Shown one piece after another: positions 1 through 10,567 of a stretch of 64,000 nt of DNA. Source of the stretch: Felis catus (Eukaryota). Positions within the stretch are counted from its first letter, which is position 1, and each line of letters starts with the position of its first letter. The stretch covers positions 8,370,001 to 8,434,000 of the forward strand of contig NC_058382.1 in assembly GCF_018350175.1 (NCBI RefSeq), written 5' to 3'. Made by a program: the position numbers and the translations under genes. Under the pieces are notes generated by a model, which was given only the letters and a program-made list of their open reading frames with translations, did not search any database and had not been told where the DNA came from.

Positions 1-721
1 AGCCCCCCAGGAGCCCCTGGAGAAAAATATTTCTAGGGCTTATGTATTGATTTGTTTATTCCTCTTTTTCCTCCAATCGGCTGTGAGCTCCATGCGGGTG
101 ACAGGAACCTTATCTGTCTTATTTATTGCCAGACCCTACTACTTAGTGCTCATTAAGTAATATTATAATAGCTTAATTTCATAAGTTAGATATCTGGCCA
201 AATGACAAATTGACAAATGGGTAGATAATAAAACGGTCAAAGACCCTTCCCCGTATACGCTCACCCCATTCTCTCTTCCCTTCACCCACTGGGCTCCAGC
301 CACATGTGTCCCTTCACTCTTCCTTAAACACATAGGCAGGTTTCCGCCTCAGGGCCTTTGCACTGGCTGTTCCCTCATTCTCAGCTTTCAGTGACTTTCC
401 AGCCAACCACCTCAGACCATGCTTCCATCACCCTGTTGTAATTTGCCTGCATAGGGCTCCTTATACTCAGCTGTTTTTCTCTTTAATTATTATCCTTACA
501 TGTTTACCGTCTTTCTCCTCAATTAGTATATCAGCCCCCCATGTGCAAGCACTTGGTCTTGCTCTGGGCTGTGTCATCACCAAGGACATGGTTCATAAAA
601 CGTGGTCAAATGAATGAATAGTCATAAATGTAAGTACCAATGACAAATGAAGCTTGATTTAGATGGCAAAAATGATTGGAAGTGTGGGGAGAAACTGAGA
701 AAATTAGGATGGAAGGTAGCT

Positions 722-939
722 TAAAAAAATTTTGTTTTAATGTTTACCCTAGAGAGGGAGAGAGAGCGCGAGCTGGGAAGGGGCAGAAAGGGAGAGAGAG
801 GGAGACACAGAATCCGAAGCAGGCTCCGGGTTCTGAGCCACCAGTCCAGAGCCTGAGGAAGGGCTCAAACTCACAAGCTGTGAGATCATGACCTGAGCCG
901 AAGTCGGACGCTTAACCGAATGAACCACCCAGGCGCCTC
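722..939 (-). mobile_element. Can-SINE (SINEC_Fc-type)
   Basis: Reverse complement of GGGCGCCTGGGTGG...TCAGGTCATGATCTCAC...(CT)n-polyA. Confidence 0.9.
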
Positions 940-1139
940 AAAAGGTAGTGTTTAACCATCCCTCTCAAGGGCACCAGACGGGCTCAGCCAGTGGAGCGCG
1001 TGACTCCTGATCCTGGGGCTGTGAGTTCCAGCCCCGGGTGTGGTATGGAGAATACTAAACGAAAACAGAAATAAAAACCAACCAATCTGACAGATCTAGT
1101 AACAAATACCAGGACAGGAACCTCCAAATAATATCATAG

Positions 1140-1340
1140 TAAGGTGGGGAGGAAATATGTACACACAGATTCAACTCGGATCCTGCCAAAAAATAATCTA
1201 TGTTTTTTCCCCCCTTTTCCTCCTAAGACAGGGTCAGTTACATAACGGATTATGTACTTGGCCACAGAGTAAACCTTACTATGCTGAAGAAGTCATGTTT
1301 TCACAGGGCGTAGTCTCTCATTATATTCTGATTCTGTGAT
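1140..1340 (+). mobile_element. Possible ancient L1 ORF2 endonuclease-domain fragment
   Basis: The conceptual peptide TDYVLGHRVNL resembles the L1 endonuclease motif IDHILGHKTSL; the frame is disrupted. Confidence 0.4.
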
Positions 1341-1919
1341 GTCCCATTGATCCTTTAGAGTTGGTGAGTCCCCTCCCCCAGCAACTGTTGACACACCTCC
1401 TACGAGAGTCTGAATTCACATGTGTCAGCAGTGTGAAATGCACACTGGTTCCTAAAGATTTAATAGGGGACAAAGGACGTGAAATGTCACACTAAATAAT
1501 TATTTATTTATTTTTGTAAGAGCCTATTTATTTATGGGCCTGGGTTCGAGCCCTGAACTGGGCTCCTCGCTGATAGCACAGAGCCTGCTTGGGATTCGCC
1601 TCTCCCTCTCTCTGTCCCTCCCCTGCTTGTGCTCGCTCTCTCGCTCTCTCTCTCAAAATAAATAAGTGAAACTTGGGGAAAAAAAACCTGGAAAAAAAGA
1701 AAAAAAAAGAAAAAGGCAGGGATGACTGTTCACCTTCTCAGAGATGGGTAAACTGAGGCCTAGAAAGAGGAATGAACTTGGGGGGACATGCCCCAAGGTC
1801 ACACAGCCAATGGGAGCAGAGCAGGGTCTGGGATGGCCTGAGGGGAAGGGGTGAGGGGCTGTGGGATGCGAGAGGTGAGGGTAGGAGGTGGGGGCTTGGG
1901 GGGCTTGGGGGGGCTTTAC

Positions 1920-4067
1920 CGGGCTGACACTGTAGCTCCAGGCACCCCGAGAAATTCCTGCGGGTGATCCAGGGCTTCAAGGCCGCCAGCTGCTCGGAGG
2001 TGTCCTGCAGGAGGTGGGAGATGTTGGTCTGGACGAATCGAAGACAGCTGGGGAGGGGCTGGGGGCAGGGGAGGGAGACGTCACCACCGCATCACCCTCC
2101 GCTCAGGCCAAGGGCCTTCCCTGCCTGGCGATGCCTAACAGGGTCCCTTGAGGGTCTCTGAGGGAGAGTTTGGACCCCTGCCCCCAGGACTGCTAAGGGG
2201 AGATGTCCTTAGCGATGCACAGCGAGCGGGCCCAGTCAGATCTGGGTCCCGAGGGGGTTTGGATCGCCTCCTTCTGGTTGCTAGGGGAGAGAACCCCTCA
2301 GCAACGCCCAGCAACGGGCCTGAGAAATCAACTCAGAACTGGATCATTAGGCCCACGACCCTCGCCATCCTTCAGTGCCCAGGGAAGTGTTCTTTTCAGC
2401 AGTGGGGCCCCCCAGGGGGACTGGGGTTCCAGCCCCACCACCCGTGGGTTGCTAGTCTAAAGAAATCTCCAGTAAGTAAGCCCTAGGAAGGCATTTCACG
2501 CACTCCCCTGGCTGTCTCCCAAGTTCAGGGCTAACCTGGAAGGCACACAAGGTGACAAAATGTATCTCGGTGTTGACCGCCTCCAGCAGGCTTTGCATCT
2601 GGGACCCAGCCACAGCCTTGAGCCGACCCATCCAGCGCTGGGCCAGGACCAGGTGCCAGAATGGCCCACAGAGCTCGTCCTGGGAGAGAAAACCCAAGTT
2701 CGGGGGCCCGTGGGCGGAGGGGGCTGGGGGCCGGTGCTGGTGGGGCTGGAAGGATGAGGGGCCAGGGCCTGGGGTCCTGCATCCCAGGGGAGGAAGGGGC
2801 AGGTCGGCCGGCTGGCGAGTTCCTCCCCCCCCCAAGGGGTGGTGCTTCCTGAGTCTACCCCCGCCCCAGCCCCTCCCATCTGCGACTCACGTCCTGTAGG
2901 TTGGAGGCGACGGTGACTGGGTAATCCTGAAGCAGGTAATCAGACTATGGGAGAAAACAGGGTCAGACGCGGCTGAAGACAGGAGAAAACGGAACTATGG
3001 AGACCCAGAGGGGGATAGGGAGCCACAGAGAGAGAGGGGGACAGAGAGCCAGAGAGAAGGGGACAGAGAGCCAGACACCTAGAGGGGGGAAGTTAGCCCC
3101 AGTGGGCGCAGAAAGGCGCACCGGAGACGATGGGACCGGGCCCTCACCAGCTTTCGGATGGTGACCTTGAAGGTGGAGGAGATGGGGCTGTGGCTGAAGG
3201 AACAGTCGGGGGACCCGCGGAGGCCAGGGCTGAGCAGTAGCAGCAGCAGCAGGGAGGTCTGCGGGCGAGGCACGGGGTGGGGGCGCCCTCTGTTGGCTCC
3301 ACACGCACCCCTCACCTGGGCACTCCCCACCCCCCCCCCAACCCCGGCTCCCTTCTCTCTGTCTCCCCTCTTTCTCCCTTCCCAGGTCTCCTTCCCTCTC
3401 GTCCAGCAGTCGGCCTTCCTGCCTGGGGCTCCCGTGCCCGTCTCGGACCAGCCCCCCCCCCCCTCCACGCTTCCTCTCTGCCTGTATCCGATGCTGGCCC
3501 CGTCCGTCCCCCCAGCTCCCCATTTCCCCGCTGCGCCCACGGCTCCCCGTGTCTGCTCACCTCAGCCCGGGACTTTCTCTCTCTGTCCACCTACCTGCCC
3601 CTCTCCGTCCCGCTCTCCTCTTTCTCCACGTGGGTCCTGCCTTCCCCATTTGTACCTCCATTTCTTCCCCGACCCTGTCCATCTCTCCCGTACCCCTGTC
3701 GCTGTCCCCCACCCCTGTCCAAGTCCCCCTCCTCTGTGCATGTCTCCCACCATTGTCCGTCTCTTCCCTGCCCCGTGTCCCCCTCCTCTATACATGTTCC
3801 CCACCCCTGTCCGTGCCCCCCACCCCTGTCTGTGTCTCCCACCTCTGTCCATGTCCCTCTCTTCTGTACATGTCCCCCACCCTTGTCCGTCTCTCCCCTG
3901 CCCCTATGTCCCCTCGCTCTGTGCGTGTTCCAGCCCCTGTCCAGGTCCCCCACCTCTGTCCATCTCCTGTCTCAGATCTGCCCATTTTGATCCGGCTCTG
4001 CCTCTCCCCCAGCTTGCCCCCCAGGTATACGCACAGTTGGGCTCCAGGCTGGCGCCAGCACTATCAT
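1920..4067 (-). CDS. FLT3LG: Fms-related tyrosine kinase 3 ligand, 5' coding exons (gene continues left beyond the window)
   Basis: Coding exons 4067-4035 ([11 protein letters not shown]), 3258-3148 ([37 protein letters not shown]), 2944-2891 ([18 protein letters not shown]), 2679-2536 ([20 protein letters not shown]...CAFQ) and 2058-1920 ([19 protein letters not shown]...CLELQCQP). All have GT-AG junctions and consistent phases. The TM and cytoplasmic exons are not in the window. Confidence 0.97.
3560..3970. repeat. Degenerate pyrimidine-rich ~20-bp tandem repeat (CCCCACCCCTGTCC-like) in FLT3LG intron 2
   Basis: tcccccacccctgtcc/ctctgtcc units recur throughout the interval. Confidence 0.7.
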
Positions 4068-4414
4068 CTCGGCCGGAGGCCCCTCATGCCTATGGCCAGA
4101 TCTTGGAAGGGACAGAAGAGGGAGTCTCAGACCCCCACACCCCAGCCCCTTCCTCACCCGCCCCTTCACCTCCCCACCCCTCCCTCGGCTCCTTGATGTG
4201 GCTAAGTTTCCGCCTCCTACTCCCTCGGGCTTCCTGCATGAGCCCCAGTTACGGTGAAAACTCATCTCCCCTTCTAAGAACCCCGACGTCCGGTCCCCGG
4301 AACCCTCCCCAGGCCAGGGACCCAGGAACCTGACCCCCATCCCTCCTCCCTCAGCCAGGAGGGGGACCCCAGCCCCGCCCCTCGGGGACCCGGAGTCCAT
4401 TTCTCCTCACGCAC

Positions 4415-4560
4415 CAGGCTTGCCCCGGCTGGGCGTGGAAGGGGCCAGGCCGGGTGACAGCCAGAGATCGAAAGCGAAAGGAAATTTTGGGGGGCGATAG
4501 AGAGCCCGGGGTGGATCGGGCTGAGGCAACGGGCGCCACCTGGTGGTGACAGGTGGCGTC
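4415..4560 (-). promoter_or_regulatory. FLT3LG: FLT3LG non-coding exon 1 (~4487-4415) and proximal promoter with IRF-E/ISRE-like and CTCF motifs
   Basis: Donor GTGCGT follows 4415. GAAAGCGAAAGGAAA lies at 4470-4484 (+) and CCACCAGGTGGCGC at 4546-4533 (-). The region is CpG-rich. Confidence 0.7.
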
Positions 4561-4697
4561 TCACGCGCGCCCCGGAGCACCGAGTTGGGTTGATTCCCCG
4601 GTGGGACCCACAGCGAATGGGGAGCGGGCTCCAGCCAGAACCAGTGCACACGGGGCAAGGAGAAGGTCGCCCTGAGGACTTCATCCTCTCCTTGAAT

Positions 4698-4972
4698 GGG
4701 GAAGGCTGGTCCGAGATGCGCGCAGGAGTCAGAAGGAGGAGGGCCGAGCGCTGGAAGAGATGGAAGGAGAGCTGGGAGGGGAGAAAGAGGGGAGACAGAG
4801 AGAAGGGGGCTGTGTGTGTCGGGGGGTCGTCCAGGTGAGGGGTGCGAGTGGAGCCGACAGAGGGCGCCCCCACCCCGTGCGTCGCCCGCAGACCTCCCTG
4901 CTGCCGCTGCTACTGCTCAGCCCTGGCCTCTGCGGGGACCCCCGACTGCTCCAGCCACAACGCCATCTCCAC
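4698..4972 (+). pseudogene. Inverted, degenerate duplicate of FLT3LG exon 3 and the 3' end of intron 2
   Basis: Reverse complement of ~3172-3455. It keeps the acceptor cccgcag|ACCTCCCTGCTG but has a +1 insertion and a 3-nt deletion and is truncated before the donor. Confidence 0.9.
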
Positions 4973-4989
4973 ATTGGATGCGTGGCCTG

Positions 4990-5490
4990 AGCGTAGCTCC
5001 TGGGAGCTCCGGGGTTCCTTGGCTTGTGTCTGCATATCTCCATCTCTGCCTCTGTCTTCACCTGGCCTTCTCTAGAAGTGTCTCCCCTCTGGGTGTCTCT
5101 TATAACACTTGTCATTAGATGTTGGGCCCACTCGGATAACCCTGGATGATCTTTTTTTTCTTTCTTTTTTTTTTTAAGCGTTTATTTATTTTGAGAGAGA
5201 GAGAGAGAGAGGCAAAGAGAGAGGGACAGAGAGAATCCCAAGCAGGCTCTGCACTGTGAATGCAGAGCCAGTGCAGGGCTTGAACCCACGGACTGTGATA
5301 TTATGACCTAAGCTGAAGCCGGACACTTAACCAACTGAGCCACCCAGGTGCCCCAACTCAGGATGTTATCTCGAGATCCTTCAGTTAATTATATCTGCAA
5401 GGACTGTTTTTCCAGAGAAGGTCGCATTCATAGGTTCCAGAGGTGAGGGCAGGGACGTATCTTTTGGGGGGGGCACTATTCAAACCACTA
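4990..5490 (-). mobile_element. MLT1 (MaLR) solo-LTR fragment interrupted by a Can-SINE (5150-5355)
   Basis: MLT1-like text (ccttggcttgtg...catctctgcctctgtcttcac; ttaattatatctgcaag...cactattcaaaccactaca). Confidence 0.7.
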
Positions 5491-5649
5491 CAGCCCCCCC
5501 TCCCCCGCCGGGCTGTTTCCCACCTCTGGGCCTTTGCACATGCTGTTCCTTCTGCTTGGGATTCTCTCCCCCTCTCCCTCTCTGCCCCTCCTGCGTGCAC
5601 TCTCTCAAAATAAATAAACTTTCCAAATAAATAAATAATATGATGTGGC

Positions 5650-6860
5650 AATGCCACTTCTGTTATTTCTCCAAAGGAAATGAAATCAGTCTCTCAAAGA
5701 GATATCTGCACTCACGTGTTCATGTGGCTTACTCACGATAGCTAAGGTACAACCTAAGTGTCCACTGATGGATGAATGGATGAAGAAAATGTGGTATATA
5801 TACACAATAAAATATTATTCAGCTACAGGGGTGCCTGGGTGGCTCAACTGGGGAAGCGTCCGACTTCGGCTCAGGTCATGATCTCATAGTTCGTGGGCTC
5901 GAGCCCTGAGTCGGGCTCTATGCTGACAGCTCCGAGCCTGGAGCCTGCTTCGGATTCTGTGTCTCCCTCTCTCTGCCTCTCCCCTCCCTTGCACTCTCTC
6001 AAAATAAATAAACATGTTAAAAATTAAAAAAAAAAATTACTGGGGCGCCTGGGTGGCGCAGTCGGTTAAGCGTCCGACTTCAGCCAGGTCACGATCTCAC
6101 GGTCCGTGAGTTTGAGCCCCACGTCAGGCTCTGGGCTGATGGCTCAGAGCCTGGAGCCTGTTTCCGATTCTGTGTCTCCCTCTCTCTCTGCCCCTCCCCC
6201 GTTCATGCTCTGTCTCTCTCTGTCCCAAAAATAAATAAACATTGAAAAAAAATTAAAAAAATAAATTACTCAGCTACAAAAACAAGGAAATCCTGCTGTT
6301 TGCAACATTGCAGATAATAAATCTGGAAGGCGTTGTGCTACGTGAATTAAGCCCGACAGAGAAAGACAAATCATGTATGGAATCACTTCTACGTGGAATC
6401 TAAAAAAGTCGATTCATAGAGTCAGAGAGTAGAATGCTGGTTGCCAGGGGCAGGGGAGGGGAAATGGGGAGATGTTGGTCCAAAAAGTACAAAGTTTCAG
6501 TTTTAAGATGAGTAAAGTTCCGAGGATCTAATACAGCATGGTGCCTGTCATTAACAAAACCGTATGGTACATTTGAAATTTCCTAGGAGAAACGTTTGTT
6601 TTGCTTTTGGATAGATCAGAATTTTTCTTTTTTTTTCCAGAGGCACTGAGCTAAGAGAGTGGATCTTCAATGTTCTCATCGCACACAGAAAAGGTGACTT
6701 TGTGAGGCAATGGACGTGTTCATTAAGTTGATTACGGTTAACTGTTTCACGATGTATAGGTATAGTAAACCAACACGTTTTATACACTTAAAAAAATCAG
6801 GTCGTATCACCAAAATAGATGCAACCTTTGTCAATAATACCTCAACAAAGCTGGAAAAAA
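5650..6860 (+). mobile_element. L1 3' end interrupted by two nested Can-SINEs (5828-6035, 6042-6265)
   Basis: L1 3' motifs (aacctaagtgtccactgatggatgaatggat...aaaatgtggtatatatac; aaagacaaat...atcactt). The SINEs have TSD-like flanks tcagctaca and aaattact. Confidence 0.85.
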
Positions 6861-8039
6861 AAACAAACCCTGAACGCACACGGCACCTTCCTTGGGAAGG
6901 TGGCCGCCGTCCCTCACCCTCCCCTTGCACATGCGCACTCGGGTTGGATAGGGTGACATCTCTGGGTACCCTGAGCTCCTTCTCATATCATAACACCTGT
7001 CACCTCAGGTTATGTGGTATCTTCCAACCACAGCTGAGCCTACCTACCTCTCTTCTGCTCACACACCTTCTGTGGCTCCCTATTGCCCTTGGAACAGCTT
7101 TCTAGCCCTTCTGCCGTGCCACTCACTTCCTCTTTATCTCCTCCCCGTTCGCCCACACCAAAACTCTTATAAGATCCTCAGTCTCCAGGTGGTTCCCCAC
7201 CCCCCCCCCCATGTCCCCTCCACAGTCGCACAGATTATGGGTCTCCCTGGCACAGGCCAGGAACTTGTTGTGTTGCTGGGGTCTGACCGTCCTCTGGGCC
7301 TCTGGCTTTGTCCTGCCAGGGCCCACGACCCAAGGGGACTTGGGGAATAGGTCTTGTTGCATCAGGCCTGGCAAATACCACTTTTAGCTCTGGCTGGGTC
7401 ATTGTGGGAGTTTGGCCAGCCCCTTATCCTCAATAAACCTCAGTTTCTTCGACTCCAACCTGGAGGTAAATGAGAAAATATAAGGTCCCTTCCACATCCG
7501 TGCTTCTCTGAAGCTCGTGCTTGGCCCACCCATCCCCGGCAGAATTGTTCACAAACATCCGGGGGCCTTCCTCTGCAGGAGTCTAGGACCATGTGCCCTG
7601 TGGAACTCAGGCACAGTCACGTGACTCCCTTTGGCCAATGAAAGGAGGGTGGAGGTGCCGAGCGTCACTTCTGGATGAGGATTAAGTGGGTCAGGGAGTG
7701 GCTCTGTAATGACACAAGCCACTTTGAGATCGGGCCACAGTCAGCCTGGGTCCCTGCGTGGCTCTGATGAACGGAGGGGCCCCTACCGCCCCTTGATGGA
7801 CAGGTTACCGTGAGCAAGAAATGAACTTTGTGGTTGTCGACCGCAAAGGTCTGGGGGCTGTTACTGCAGCAAAGCCTCACCCAACCCGTGATATCATCCC
7901 TCTCTCCTCCTTGCCTTCTTTACCTCGCTTCCTGTTCAGCCTGGCGTAGCGTGTCGCGCCAGGCAGATATTTTCCCCATTACCTAGTTTTGTGTCTCCTC
8001 TTGCAGTGGGCAGAATGGCTCTCGAAGAGGTCTCCTGGA

Positions 8040-8412
8040 GGGGTGCCTGGGTGGCTCACTCGGCTGAGAGTCCGATCCTTGGTTTTGGTTTTGGCTCAGG
8101 TCGTGAGCTCGGTTTGTGAGATCGAGCCCCGTGTTGGGCTCAGCGCTGACAGCTCGGCGCCTGCTTGGGATTCTCTCTCTCCCTGTCTCTCTGCCCCTCC
8201 TCTGCTCACACTAGTTCTCTCTCTCTCTCGATAAACTGGGGCCCCTGGGTGGCTCAGTTCATTAAGCGTTTGATTTTGGCTCAGGTTGTGACCTCCTGGT
8301 TCGTGGGTTCAAGCCCTGCGTGGGGCTCTGTGCGGACAGCACAGAGCCTGCTTGGGATTCTCTCTCCCTCTCTCTCAAAATAAATAAATAAACTTAAAAA
8401 AAAAAAAAAAAA
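8040..8412 (+). mobile_element. Two tandem Can-SINEs, followed by an MLT1 fragment (~8420-8720)
   Basis: GGGTGCCTGGGTGGCTCA heads, CT-rich tracts and polyA tails. Confidence 0.85.
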
Positions 8413-10460
8413 AGATGTCCAGTGGAACCTGTCAATGTTACCTCACATGGCCAACGGGCCTCTGCAGACAGGACTTGTCTTGAGGTGGGGGGACGATCAT
8501 GGATTGGGGGGCTACTAAGAGCAGCACAGGGTCACGTGCCAAAGAAGAAGCAGGGAGAACATTCTTCCCTTGAGCTCCAGTCAGGAACGCAGCGCTGCTG
8601 ACACCCTGAGTTTAGTTTGGTGAGGCCCATTTTCAGACTTCGACACCCAGGGCTGTTAAGATCAAACACTTGTGCTTAAGCCGCTAAAACTTTGTTACAG
8701 CGGCGACAGGAGGCTAACACAGCTCTCGCTCGCTAGAACATCAGCTCCTGAGGCCTAGCTTCTCTTGTTCCTGGCCGTCTCCCCAGCACGTGAACAGTGA
8801 CTGGCTCAGAGTAAGGCACTCAGTGGACAGCTTCACAGACTAGGAGCTTCCACCCCTGGCCAGACATGATTGATTGGCCCAGAAGTGTATGCCTGACCCA
8901 AACTGGCCAGATTTCCTCTCCCTGGATGCAGCACGGACGCTTGCCAGAGGTCAGGGCTGGGGTTACATCGACCTGGTAGTTGCCCTTGGCTGGTTAAAGC
9001 CACGGGATTAATGGGCAGGACACTGAGGCAGCCCGTGGAATCCCGGAGGGAGTTGTCAAAACACAGACATAAGCTAGAGCCTTCCAGGGACTTTCCTCTA
9101 ACTCTCTCCAAACGTCCAGATCCTGGGAGAGAGAATGATCCGGTCCAGCTTGAATCAGATACTGACAGGAGGCTTCTTGGTCTCATTTGCCCCATGACAG
9201 AATCAGCCTCGATTTAACAGCTAACACTGGTGAAGCATGTGCTGTGTACCCATCACTAAGTTAACCAGTCTGGTTAGAACTATCAGTCCCATTTTACAGA
9301 TGAGGAAACAGGCTCAGAGCAGTTAAGCTTTCCTAAGATCACATGGCTGAAAGAGTTGATTGAAGCAGACAGGTAGAGAGAGAAAACCCCAGAGATGGGG
9401 CGCCTGGCTGCCTCAGTGGGGGGGAGCATCCAACTCTTGATCTTGTGGTCATGAGTTCGAGCCCTATGTTGGGTACAAATTACTTAAAAAAAAAAAAAAA
9501 ATTCCAGTGATCACATGCCCACAGAGAAAGGACCAGCCCCTGGTTCCTGCCTGCGTCTAGGTTCTCAAGACCTGGGGCACCTCAGATGCACGTCTTGCCC
9601 TATTTTCTGTAAGACATCTCTGTAGCCTTCTAGAAAATTCCTTCATCCTGAGCTAGCGTGAGTGGGTTCCTTGCATCAAAAAGAATTCTAGGGGTGCCTG
9701 GCTGGCTCAGTAGGCAGAACATGTGATTCTGGATCTCCGGGTTGTGAGTGCGAGCCCCACATCGGGGGTAGAAAGGACTTAAAAATAAAACCTTTAAAAA
9801 AAGAAAAAAAAATAATTCTAAAACATGATGTGCTCGAGCCGCTCAGATTCGCTCATGGGAGCGGACTGTTAAAAATTTAGGAATTCTGGGGACGCCTGGG
9901 TGGCTCAGTCAGTTGAGTGTCCGACTTCTGGCTCAGGTCTTGATCTCACAGTTCGTGGGTTCGAGCCCCGCATCTGAGCTGTCAGCGCAGAGCCGCTTCG
10001 GGTTCTGTGTCTCCCTCTCTCTCTGCCCCTCCCCCGCTCACGCTCTGTCTCTCTCTCTCAAAAATAATGAAACATTAAAAAGTTTAGGAATTCTGTTAGC
10101 CTGTTGTTCAGTCATCGGGAACATGGTGGGAGCCTTTATACCATGGGAATTGGGAAAAGTAACTTACCAGGGTTTTTAGTGCATTCCTGAGAGCCACTGT
10201 GTTTTATTGTTTGTCTGCAAGCTATGGGTCCTAAAACAATGCATAGGCAGAGAAAGTCAAAGGGGAAGAGCTACCCGATGGAGAAGACCAAGGGGGAAAC
10301 ACGAGGCTCTGAGGGCCTGCCTGGGGCTCTTCAGAGTTGGGTTATACTGGAGCCAGCCCACCCAGCTGCTGAGTCTTAGAATTCAAAAGGCCTCAAACGG
10401 AACAGAAGTCGCTACTCCCCCGCTTCCTCCCCTGAGAGGCACAGCCAAGGTCGGTCAGAG

Positions 10461-10466
10461 TTTATT
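10461..10466 (-). terminator. ALDH16A1 polyadenylation signal AATAAA
   Basis: tttatt on +, about 100 nt downstream of the stop codon. Confidence 0.8.
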
Positions 10467-10567
10467 GGAGGGCATCAGAGCCATGATAAAAGAAGGCTCC
10501 AGGCTTCTGGTGTCCGTCGGGGTCCATCTCTCCTCTGTCCAAGACGGAGTGTGGGGGCACTCAGGCG

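Noticed and set aside
970-1075. tRNA-like A/B-box sequences (also 9397-9500, 9690-9810, 23605-23710)
   Set aside because: These are tRNA-derived Can-SINE heads with A-rich tails, not tRNA genes.
3158-4333. 391-aa + strand ORF (and overlapping 237-aa and 215-aa ORFs)
   Set aside because: Antisense to FLT3LG across a C-rich degenerate repeat that lacks stop codons; the product is low-complexity Pro/Ser/Cys.
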